Virus record (IMG/VR): IMGVR_UViG_2854655614_000005
Strand: one strand, 5' to 3'
Source of the DNA: a virus
Length of the DNA: 64,000 nucleotides
A model generated the notes under the pieces. The model had not been told where the DNA came from, ran no database searches, and saw only the letters and a list, made by a program, of their open reading frames with translations. The position numbers and the translations under genes are program-made. Shown piece after piece: positions 19,340 to 31,300 of the stretch (positions are counted from its first letter, which is position 1; every line of letters starts with the position of its first letter).

Positions 19340-22300
19340 TTACTTTTTAGGTTTCCGTTTGTGCTTTTTTTTCTTCTTTTTGCGGTCTTCTTCCGGCGTG
19401 CCGAAGAGGCGGGTAAGGAGGTCTTTGGCGGTGCGGGAGATGTTGGCGCCGGTGGCGGCGGAGAGGGAAAGTGCGCCGTAGCTGGAGAGGACGGCGGAGG
19501 GGGAGCGGGAGAAGGCGCCGCCTACGCCTGCCGCGCGGGCCAGGGAGGTGAGGTTGTTGAAGTGCTGGTCCCAGTCCATTTCCTTTTTGTCCGCCAGGTG
19601 CTCGTATTCTTTTTTGACGGTGCGGGCGGCGCCCTGCACGTCGATGAGGGTACGTGAGTAGGAGTCCGCGAATACGGGCTCTCCAGTGAAGAGGCTGGAC
19701 AGGTAGTTGACGCCTTCCCCGGCCAGGGGGATGGTGGTGAGGTCGCCCAGAAGGGCGCTGGCGGCGTATTTTTTCCATTTCTTTTCCTTGTCGTCGTCAT
19801 CGTCTTCCATGCCTTTGATCCACGCGATGAACCAGGCGAGCAGGGACGAGGTGACGCCCAGGGCCAGCCAGGACTGCGCGGCGCAGACGCGGTTGCGCGC
19901 GGAGCCGGTTTTCCACTCCGCCGCCATGAGGCCGATTTTGTTCAGTTGCTCGGACTTCATCACAAAGGCGAGCTTGGATAAAATTCCGCCCGCGGCCTGG
20001 CTCATGCTTTTTTGCGTCTTGGTCAGGGGCTGGGCGCCGAGTTCCAATGACATGCCGACCTGTTCCAGGGCGGCCTGGCGCAGTTCTTCGTCCGTAAAGG
20101 GGGAGCCGTTTTCCCGGTTGAGGCTCCTTGAGCGGGCATAGTAGGCGTTGGCGAGGGCGTGCATGGCAAGCAGATTGGCTTTGACATCCACGGCTTCGAT
20201 CAGGTCCATGGATTTCTCCGGAAGTTTTTCCATCCGGGAGTAACGCTGGCCGGGCATCTGGTTGCCGATCTGGGCGAGCATGGCTCCCTCCCCCCGCATG
20301 CGGGCGGTGAAGTACGGCGTGGCGGCAACCTCCTTCATGGCGATGTCCCCCAGGCCGAGCTTGGAGGCGGCGAGGTGGAAGAGGAAGGAGGAAAACGAGA
20401 TGTGCTTGTGGGCGAGTTCGCGGGTTCCGTCCGCTTTTTCGAGGATGGCGGAGGGCACCCAGCCCGCGAAGAAACCATGGAGGATGGCGGTGGCCTGCTT
20501 GAGCAAGACGTAGCCGTTGCCCGCCAGCACGGAAATGGCAAAGGCTTTTTGAAGCATACCCTGCATGCGGGAAAGGTTCAGGAAGGCGCGGTTGTTTTCC
20601 AGGCTGGCGCCGTCAATGAGGTCCATCCAGGAGGAGAGCTTGCCCATCATGTCTTCCCCCAGGTGCTGCTTGAGCTTTTGCTCCAGCGGTTTGTTTTTCA
20701 GCAGGGCGCGCCAGGCGGTCGTAATGTGGGAGGTGTAGATGTAGTTATCCTGTTCCGCGGCGGCGGCCAGGAAGACGAGGGTGCCGGATTTGGAGAAGTC
20801 CAGGTTCTCGGAATGCACAACGCGGTCAATGAGGAGGCCGTACTTGCCCCCGCCGATGGAGCCCGTTTTGGGCTCGGTGAGGGCGTCCTTCTCCCTGGTG
20901 GAGTTCCGGTCGAAAGTGGCGCGGAAGTAGTCGGGCTTGAGCGTGAAGGGAACGCCCATGCGCTCTTCATAGACCTGGGCGAGGGTGAGGCCGGTTTCAT
21001 TGAGTTTCCGGCGGAGGGCGTACCCGTATTCCAGGCCGTCCGGGCCGACGTAATCATAGAGGTCTCCGATACCTTTGTCGTCCAGTCCCTCCCGGCGCAG
21101 GAATCCCTTGCGGATGAGGTTGCCCTCGCTGTCGTACACGTCGGCGTAGTCCGGCTGCTCGTGGAGCAGGATGGCGTAGAGGGCGCAGTCGCGCGAGCAG
21201 ATGAGCTGGCTGGCGGCTTCCGTGTTGGGGACTTCCCGCTTCGAGGTGACGTTGTGCTGGTATTGCCGCTGCTCCGGGGTGCGGGACTCGTATTCGTCCA
21301 AGGCCTGGCGGAGGAGAGGGATGTCTTCTTCCCCCGGGACGTTTTCCGTGAGGGTTTCCGTGCGCCGGTCTTCCTCCCGGATGGCCTGTCTGCGAGCCTC
21401 CCGCTCTTGACTGGAGAGGGAGAGCCATTCCTGCGCGTCCTCAATGGAGAGGGAGACCTTCACGGAGAGGACCGGGGCGATGGGGATGCCCGTTGCTTGT
21501 GGCGTGTTGAATTGGACGAGCCATTGTTCCGCCGCGCTTTCAGACTTTACTCCGGCAATGCGGCGGATGGTGTCGGACAACCACGCGGAGCGGTCGTTGG
21601 AGGCGTTGAGCAGGGAGGCGTTGGCTTCCGTGATTTCCTTGATGCGGGCACGGGAGAAGTGCTGGCCGAGAACGGGCTCCAGAGCCAGCATGAGCTGGGC
21701 ATAGGACATGACGCTGTACGGGAGGGAGGAGAGGAGCTTGCGCAGTTTGGTACGGTGGCTGATTTTTGCTCCGGCCCGGCTGGAACCCGAATTCACGGCA
21801 GGCAGATTCTTCTGGATTTGACGGGCGGCGTATTTGATGCGGCCCGCTTCCCGGGTCAGTTTTCTTTCCCACGAGTTGCGTCCGGAGAGGATGAATTCGA
21901 GGAGTTTTTCCATGGCTTCCCTGGCTTGGGGGAGGCTCATCCCGGCGTAATCCCCGTATGTCTTCCAAGCGAGAATATCCCTTTCGTGCTCCTGCCGCTT
22001 TTCTTCGTCTTCCTCCTGGTTGTACAAGGCTTCCAGCGTGGTCATGGCCTCCGCCTTGGCCTGGGATTGAGCGTCCAGCATCTGACGGTAGCGGGCGAGG
22101 GTGCGGTAGGCTGCCGCCTCCAGACGGCCCCGTGGAGATTTTTTGCCGGGTTCCTTTTTGGGGTAGACGGCTTCCACCCGCCGCATCGTCTTTTGGTACA
22201 GCTCGTCCTTAGCGAAATAGACGAGCTGGGTGCGCACGCGGTCCAGAACCTTGGACATGACGTGATCCAGGCGCTGGCTGCTGATGGAGACCAGGATCTG

Positions 22301-25300
22301 CCGGATTTCCTCCGGCGTGGCGGCGGAAGTGGTGGCATTGATCATGCTTGTCTCAAATTTTTTATAGAAGGAGTCCCCCGAACGGAGGGTGCCCTTGGGG
22401 GGGATTTCCCCGGATTCCGCCATGGCCGCGTAGACGGAAGCCCATTGCATCTGCAAGTCCACATTGGAACGGTAGCCTTGGGGCAGGACGTAGCGTGCCG
22501 AGGAAAGAAGGGCGTTGATCATGCCGAAGAGTTCCGCCCCGACGCGGGCGGAGGGTTTTTCCTCCTTGCCGGACATGACCCGCCGCCAGTTTTCCGCCGC
22601 CTTGCCGAAGTCTTTTACGAGTTCGGAAGCGCGGGTGGCCTGCATGGACGGGGCGGCAAGGCCGGAAACGATTTCCTCCAGGGAGGTGAGAGAGAAGGAG
22701 ACCAGAGCGTCCCCGGGGTATTCCAAAGCGTCATTGAAAGGCGATTCGGCACGTTCCCCGGCGGAGAGTCCGCTGCGGCGTTCCACGGCGCAGGCCTCTA
22801 TTTCACCGGCGAGGCGGCGGTAGAGTTCATAGGGGGAAAGGGATGAAAGGCGTTCGTATTTGAGAAAGTCCCGGTGCAGGGCGGCCATGTCCGGCTTGGG
22901 AGTGCGGCGGTAGGCGAGGCGGCGGCTAGGAGTGGCCTTGGCCGCCGCCAGGCATTCCTTGATACCGGCAGGGGTATTGAGCGCATAGTTGCCGGGCCAG
23001 GGGAGCTCAAATTGCGAGTCCGTGCTCCAGCTTTTGTCATAGAATTGTTCCAGCAGGCCGGAGAGGTCCTTGAGGGCGTAGCGGGCCATGTCCAGGATGC
23101 GTTCCTCCCCCGTCAGCCTGTGGGAGATGCCGTCATAGGAATAGCGGTAGGAAGTCCGCAGGACGCGGCGCGGATTGCGCGCCAGGGAGAGCATGTATTC
23201 CAGAGTGGAGATCATTCCGTCCCTTGCATTGAGCCAGGACATGAACCGGCTGGCCTGATCGTAGGCTTCATAAGCCACTTCCCGCATGGATTCATAGAAG
23301 AGTTTGGCGGATTCTCTCGTGCCGCCCTTGGCAAAGCCTTCGATATGCTGGATGGCGTGCTGGATCTCGTGGAGGAGGATGGAGCGGAGTTGCTGCGGAG
23401 CGTCCAGGTTGCGGTGGATGTAAATGGCCCGTTCCGCCGGGGAGTACATGCCGAGGTAGCCGCTGAGGTGTTGAAGGATGACAGGCATGGAGCGCAGCGC
23501 CGGGTAGGCCGCAAACAGCTCCGGATAGTCCAGCCACGCGTCCAGAGGCAGGGCGGTATTGGCCGCTGCCAGGGTTGCGAGGGATTGGAGCAGACCGTCG
23601 TCTTCCCGCAGAAGGAGTTCCAGCGAGGAGACCTGCTCCGCCAGGCCGGAGGCGGCAAGGGGGCTGGTACTGTACAAGCCGGTACGCAGGACGGCAGCGG
23701 ACAGGAGGCGTCCCCAGCTTTCCCGGTCATGATCCAGGGTGAGGTATTCCCGCCATTTGGAGATGTTGTTTTCCGGACGGAGCGTCCGTTTATTTCTGTA
23801 GAATTGACGGTGGAGGGAGAGGTAGCGGGCAATCCGCTTTTTCGTTTCCGCAGAAAGGGTATGGCGCAGGGCGGAGAGCTCCCGGCGCAGGGTGGGCAGG
23901 TACGGGGCGGCACGGCCTTTCAGGGTAGCCTGGGAGGCGTCTATCTCCGCCCGGTACATGCCGTCGTCACGGCCCCGGAAGGTGTTTTTTTTGTACTGTT
24001 CCCAAGTGGCGGCATGGGGGCCGATGATGGAGAAGGTGATGTCCGGGGAGGAGGGGTCGAATGTGCCGATGTTGTCCGTGGCGGATTTGATCTGGGAAGG
24101 CTCGAAGACGACATATTCGCGGCCCTCGGCTATTTCCCAGTCGTACACGTCACGCAAGGCGTTTTCCGCTATGACTCCATCATATCCTTTCTTTTTAAGA
24201 ATTTTTGTAAACCTTTTTTCCCCTGCGTGGTTATATCGGGGGGAGAGGTAGGGATGGCGGATATTGAGGAAACAGGTGAGTTCCTTGTGCCCGTAATGAT
24301 AAGCGGCTTTCCTGTTGTCCGAGAAATAAAAGCCGTTGCCGTAGTAGCCCGGTCCCCAGTTGTCCCCGATCTTCGCACTGTCAAAAACGGTAAAATCATT
24401 GCTCTCTCTCGTGCCGTGGTAGACGACGCGTGGCTCCCCGTTCTCATCCACGACGAGGGAGGCATGGGCGGGGTCGTGTTGCCAGTCCCCGAACCAGTCA
24501 TGGAAGGCCGCCGTGCGCACTTGCGCCCACTGGCGGGGCGTGAGGCGGGAGGGTTCTCCATTGGGAGCCTTGAGCCAGGTACCGGAGGCGAGGGCCGTTT
24601 CCGTGATGGCCCGCTCCTCCTCCGACAGGGAAGCCATGTAGTCCGAATCCGGCAAACGGAGCCAGGAAGGCCCCGGAGCGAGGGAGAAGGACGCGGAAGA
24701 GCCGATGAGGGACGCAAGAGCCTGAAAACGCCCTTCCCTAGTTCCGTCATGGTAAAGAGGACGGATTTGGTGACGCTTGAGAACGTCCCTGACCTGCTTG
24801 TTCTTCCGCAGGGCGGCGGGAAGGACGGCGTGGGAGAATTCCCGGAGCTGGACGGAGCGCCGGGGGACGGCTTCATAGTAGTCCCGCAGTTCTGCATGAA
24901 GGGCGGAGAGGGCTGCCGAACCCAGTCCGGGGAGGCGGCTGTCTCTGGCGATGCGGCCCTGGAAGGATGTCCCCCGGTAGAGGCGGCAAAGAGCGGCAAG
25001 AACTTTTTGGGGCGTGGGGGCGCCCCTGACCAGGGAGAGGGCTTTTACGGCATTGTCGAAGGCGGAAAAACTCCCGTCAATCCGGCTGAGGGCCATTTGG
25101 AATTGATGGATCAGGTCCTGGGCTTTCTTCCGGGAGGCCTTTTCCTCTTCTGTGATGACAAGATTGTTCCGGCTGGCCTTGATTTCTTCCAGGCTGTTGA
25201 AACGCCTGGCTTGCCTGGCACGGAGAAGTCCCGTGGAAAAGACGAGGCCGCGTTCCGCGCCCATGCCCTTGCTCTCCAGCATGTGCCGGGTGATGTTTTC

Positions 25301-28300
25301 GAGCGTGGCCGGAAGCCCCGTCTCCCTGATGCGGGGAACGGGATTGAGCCAGCGAGCCAGCTTGTCCTCTACCCAGGCGTTGAAGGCTTTCTTGTGCTGG
25401 GCCGCGTACTTTTCAAAGCGTTTGTAGTTGGCGTGGCTGTCCAGGGCCTTTTTCCCGGCTTGGCGGGCATCCTGGAGGGCCAGGTAGGAAATGGACTGGA
25501 AACCGTCTCCCCGGGCTTCCCTCAGTTCCTTTTCCATCCCCCGCAGGTTGCTTTTTCGGATCAGGGTCTGCGGGACGGTCAATTGAGCGTCCCGGGAATC
25601 CTGGGAGAATTGGCTGCGGTAGCGCTCGATAGCCCTTTCCATGGCCTTACAGAAGTCATCCTGCCGGTCGGGAGAGAGGGTGTTGGCATCTTTCCACGGG
25701 AGCATTTTGCGGATTTCCGCATAGAAGATCTTGTCTCCGGTGTTGAGGCGGCCAGGAATTTTTGCCGTGACGGGCCGCGGGGAGTAGCCGCGCTCTGCGG
25801 CGAAAACGGCCAGCGAGAAGTCGTTATGGCGCAGCTTGTTTTCCAGCTCGCCGCGGTGGTCTCCGTCCAAGGCGTTTTTCAGGAAGCGGAGGGAGGAAAT
25901 GTCCGTGCCTCCGTAGTAGCGGAGGGCGGCTTCCTGCGCCTGTTTGTAGAAGTCCTCCCGTTCCTTTTCCTCCTGCCTGCTCCAGCGGAGTTTCGGGAAG
26001 TACCCGCTCCACGCGTCGCGGTCATGGATTTCCACGCCGCGGGCCGGGTCCGCCAGGGCTGGGGAGCCGACGAGGTAGATGTTCCCTTCCCCGCCCCAGG
26101 TGTAGGGCCGGTCCAGACGGGTGACGGCGATGGAAGGCAGCGGCAGGCCGCCCAGTTTGTCCACCGCCAGAAATTTTTCTTCATCCAGGCTGTGGATGGC
26201 GGCGAGGTTGGACAGGGAGAAGGTGATGTCGGGCTCGGACGCGCTGAACGCGCCGGAGTTGTACTCCGAGGATTTGACCTGGGTTGACTTGAAAGCGACG
26301 GCAATGAGGGCCCCCATGTCCGTGGGGTCATGGCCGAGGTAGCCGTCATGGTGCTCACGGACCCAGCCGAGGAAGTCGCTCCAGCGTTGCCCCATGTCGT
26401 ATTCGTAGAGGCTGCCTTCCCGGATCATGTCGCGGACGGATTCCCTGTCCATGGATTCTCCGGAGTAGCGGTCCGTCCAGCCTTCCTCTTCCTGCCAGTA
26501 GTCGATGTACTTATCTACCCACGGGAGGCGGGCGCTGGCCTCATCCTGGGCGAGGAAGGGATTTTTGAGGTTGAGCCAGGCGGTGGTGATGCCGCCTCCC
26601 TGGTAAGCTTGATAGCTTTTCGCCAGGTCCGTGGAATCGGAAAAGAAGATGCCGTCTACATGGGGAACGCCGTCAAAGACGGAGGGAGAGCGGCGGATGT
26701 CGAAGGAACCGCCATGGTACAGGACGATGGGTTCCCCGTTTTCATCCAGGGTTTTGGAGGCGTTGGCCGGATCGTGGAGCCAGTCCCCGAACCAGGCGAG
26801 GAAGGCTTTGGTCCTGGCCTGCGCCCATTGCTTCTCCGTCAGGCGGGTGGGCTGGCCGTTGGGAGCCAGGAGGTCATTCCCCGCGTCCCTGGCGCGGGCG
26901 AGAATGGATTGCTCCTCCGCCGTCAGGGGGGAGGCGGAACGCTCCATGACGGTATAGGAGTCTTCCGCATCATCCCACAGGGAGAAGGTGATGTCCGGGT
27001 TGCCGGAGTCGAAGGTGCCGCGGTTCGCGTAGGCGGACTTGATTTGGGACGGATCAAAGACGCTGTAAACTGTAGAGGGAAGGTGGTAAGAGGCGTCGTC
27101 TCCCATGTCGATGACATTACGGATGATGGCCGCATCGTACCCTTGTTCCCGGGCTTCCAGAGCGATGGTGTTGGTCGTCGGTACGTCTCCCTCCCCGGAT
27201 GTATCCTCCGCGTCCCTGCCGTCCCAGTAGTTCCCCTGGAAATCGGCTTCAAGGGGGAGGCGGATGTTGATAAAACAAGTGTAAACGGCAGGGAAAAGAG
27301 TACGCTGCCCGGCAAGCACGGAGAGGGGGGGCAGCTCCGCTTCCCGTGCGGAGGCGGGATCTTCCAGCTTGCAGTAGGTGATGGCTACCTGGCGGCTGTC
27401 TGAAAAGAAGTAGCAGTCGTCAGGCGTGCCAAACTGGCTTGGATTTTCACCCAGGGCCGTGTCAAAAATGGTGAATCCCGCCCGGTGGGAACCGTGGTAG
27501 ACAGGAAGGGGCTCTCCATTGACATCCACGACGCGGGAGGATTGCTCCGGGGCGTGGAGCCAGTCTCCGAACCAGTCCCGGAAGGCGCGGGTGCGGACGG
27601 TGGCCCAGAGTTTGGGTTCCAGGAGGGAGGGTTGTCCGTTGGGGGCCTGGAGCCAGGTGCCGTCCGCTTTTGCTTGTTCCGTGATCAATCGTTCCTCCGG
27701 AGAAAGGGCGAAGGTGATGTCCGGGTTGCCGGAGTCAAAGGAGCCGTTATTGTCCGTGGCGGATTTAAGCTGGTAGGGACTGAAGGGGATGTAGACGGTG
27801 TGGATGTCCGAGTGGAATTTGCCGCCTTGGTCGATGATTCCGTCATAGCCGAGGCGCTTGAGGCAGGCTGTTACCCAGTCCGGGATGGTGGTCCAGGCGT
27901 AGGTCGTGCCGTTTTTGACGTCTTCTTCCAGGATGTCGATCCATGTCTCCGGGGCGAGGTCGTTCTTGCTCCAGGAGAGGAGGCCTCCCTTTTGCGCAGG
28001 GTTCCCGGCTTTCTGGGAGGCGGCTTTAAGCGAGGTGAGGATTTTTCCTGTGATGCCGTTCGTACGGAAGGGGTGTTCCATGTGCAGGTAACAGGCGTAG
28101 ACGCCCGGTTCCGTGTAGTCCGGGTCCCGGTACCAGGGAGCGATGGGAAGATCCAGTTTTGACAGTACGTCCAGGAAACGGGCTTCCTGTCCGAAGAGGG
28201 TGGCACTATCCAGCCAGTGGTAGACGAGGGCGCGCAACGCATTGCCGCGGGCCTCCTGAAGATGGAAACGGAAGCCGCCGTTGGCCTCGTCGGTGGACGG

Positions 28301-31300
28301 GTCCAGGATGATGGAGTCGTCCCCCTCCCAGTCGGTGCGGATGTGGCCCGCGGTACGGGCGATGCGCTGGCGCTCCTCCGGGGAGAGGTAGTTCCAGTAC
28401 CGTTCCAGGGGGATGTCGCGCCCGGAAGGAAGGGTAACGCGGAACTGCCGGTGGTAGTCATGGTAGTCCTCCTCCTCATAGTCGATGCTGGTATCGGTCT
28501 TGTTCCTTGAATAGTTGGAGGCGATTTCCGGAGAATCCGTAAAGAAGGCCATGGGGCCGGAGGTGGCGCGCTCCGGGCGAAAGACGGTACCCACCCTGTC
28601 CTTGCGGGCTGTGCCGTGGTAGACGATGACTGGTTCTCCGTGGGCGTTGACAACCTTGGATTGGCCGAACCATTTTTTGAAGGCGGCGGAGTTGACTTGC
28701 AGCCACTGGCGTTCCGTCAAGGCGGTGGGCGTGCCGTCCGGGGCTCGCAGGAAGGTGTCTTCCACCAGGGCCTGGGCGGCGGTGCGCTGTTCCCGCGGAG
28801 TGAGGGCGAAGGTGATGTCCGACAGCGTGATGTCATAGGAGCCGCAGTTGCCGACGGCGGACTTGGCTTGTCCCGGGCGGAAGAGGCCGTAGGTCATGAC
28901 GCCGCTCTCCTCCGTCATCACGGAGTCATACCCGAGGCTGGAGAGAATGTCCTTGAGTTCCCGGTGACGCTCCCAAATCTTAAAAGCCTCGGTTTCTTCC
29001 GTACCTTGGAGAAGGGTTTCCAGCTTCCGGGTAGCTTCCTGAAGTTGTTCCTCCGAAAAAAAGCCAAGTGCCCTGTCCTGCTCCAGTTGCCGCCGGATGT
29101 TTTCCCGGAAATGTTCCGGACTCTGGCGGGTGAGGCTGTCGGGAAAATGGAACGGACGGCGGGTGGCAACGAAGAGGTCCAGCACGGTGCCGCCCGCGGC
29201 GTACTGCTCGCTCAGTTCCCGGCTGGAAGAAATCCAGGTGTAGTTTCGGCGCACGCCGGGGTTGTACGACTGCTTGAGGCCCCGGTAGCAGACGCGTGGC
29301 TCCCCGTTGTCATCCAGCACGACGGAGGAAGCGGACGGATCCCGAAGCCAGTCTCCGAAGTAGCGCATGAAAGGCGCCGTGCGGACAAGATGCCACTGGT
29401 CCGGCGCGAGGAGGGAGGGCTGGCCGTTGGGAGCGCGGAAGGCTTCCGCGCCGCCCTTGTCAATGAAGTTGACAAATTGCTTGAGGGAGAGTAGCGTACG
29501 GACAGGGAGCGATCGCCCAGTTGCCCGACGGGTTGCACCGAAGTCCACCTGGGAGGATGCGCTCCCTGTTTTGTCGAGAGTTGCCGCCGCCGCCGTTTCC
29601 ACTCCTTCCAGGTAGCAGCCGCGCGTATCTTCCCGGAATGTGAAGAGGACGTAGCCGGGGCCATGGAGGCTGTCCCTGATTTTGGCGAGGTAGTAGTGCC
29701 AGGATTTTGTCTGATCCGGCGAGGCGTTGTCGAACTCCGGGACGGAGTACATGTAGCGGGCCGAGGCCAGGAGCGGTTCCAGAGCGCCGATGGCCGCCAG
29801 GGTACGGGTCTCGGGAGAGGTTGCCATGATGTGCTTCCAGCCCCGGTTGCTCAGGTAGATGCGGCGGCCATCCGGCATGAGGAGAGGGGGCTTGAGCTGT
29901 TCCGAGGTTTTTTCCCGGCCATTGGCAAAAAGGGTGCGCTGGCGCGTTTTCTCCCGCAGGGCCGTGAAGGCCTGGCGGGCAAGCTTGGAGAAGCCCTGGG
30001 TTTTGTCTTCCCGTGCGGAGGCCGGAATGGCGAGCGTGACGGGGGAAGCCTGTTCAACGGCGTGGAAGGAGGAGGAGAGACGCACGGGGCTCAGGGCGAG
30101 GGGAAAGTCGGGCGAGGGAGAGGAGTGCGGCAGGAAGGCTGAGGGATCGTCCCGTTCTTCCGCACCGGAGAGGGAGAAGGAGATGTCATGGACCTCCAGG
30201 AAGCTGCGGATGGCTTCGTTGCGGCGCTCGTCCACCTCTTCCCGGAGCCAGGAGGCTTTGGCAAGTGTCCACGGGTTGCCCAGGGTGAGGGCTTCTTGCT
30301 CCGTCAGGTCATAGGTGTGGATGGGGACGTTATATTTTTCCAGCTCCGAGCGGAGGGATGGCTCCAGGCTGGAGGGAAGGATGAAGCCGGAGAAGTCCGA
30401 GGGGAAGAGCCAGCCTCCGGGGGCGGCCTCGTAGTAGATTTTGGCGGAGGTGCGGCAGGCGTCGAGAAAGGCCCGGACTTCTTCGGCGATGTCGTCGTTG
30501 AAGGATTGCAGGTCATTGTATTCTTCCGGGTTTTCCTCCTCGTCGTAAACCGTGTCCGGGTCATCGAGGAGGCCTTCGCCGATCAGGGCATTCCGGACGT
30601 TTTCATGAGAAATATCCTGCCACCAATATCCTATCAGAAAATGTTGGAGGGAGCGGGGCTCGAAGTAGCAGGAGCCGAGCAGGGTTTTGAACTGGTCTTC
30701 CAGTTGCCGGGTGGCGGTTTCCGCTTCATGGCGGTCAAGCTGGAAGGAGAGGTTGTCCGTGCGCAGGGCTTCCTTCAGGCTGGGGAATTCGGCGGCGTAG
30801 GCCTGGGAGGCCATGATGATGGGAAGGGCTGCGCCGTCCGTGCCGTAGTTGTCGAGTACTTCGTCCGGGGTCATGTTATGAGGCAAGAAGGACCCCAGGT
30901 GCTTGGCTTTCATGTAGGCGTCCAGGTTTTCCCGGTTCCATTCCCGAAGGTCTCCGTGTTCGTTGTAAAACCAGGGGATTTCTTTCGGACCGTGTTCGTA
31001 CCCTTCCCATGGGTCGCCGTCTTCGGAGGTTTTTTCCGGCATCTGGCGCGTCCAGGCGTCGCCGCGCCAGATGCGTGCGCCGGGGGTTTTGACAGGGTCG
31101 ATACGGTCCGGGTGCAGGATGCAGGCGATTTCCGCATAATAAGTGGGGCCGGAGTCGAGGTCCGCAATCTGGATGGCGGGGTTGGGCATGCCGCCGAGTT
31201 CCAGGACATGGCGCATTTTTTCTTCCGACAGGGTGTGGATGGCGACATGGGAACCGTTCAGGGAAAAGCTGACTTGCCCCCTGGCGTTGAGTTCCCTGGC

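Noticed and set aside
19340..19390. Poly-Lys tail as a eukaryotic nuclear localisation signal
   Set aside because: Basic tails are common in phage DNA-associated proteins; nothing else supports eukaryotic targeting
24030..28820. Junction repeats as a CRISPR array, DGR or shufflon
   Set aside because: Spacing is 0.7-2.2 kb, all copies are in frame and co-oriented inside a CDS, and no reverse transcriptase or invertase is in the window
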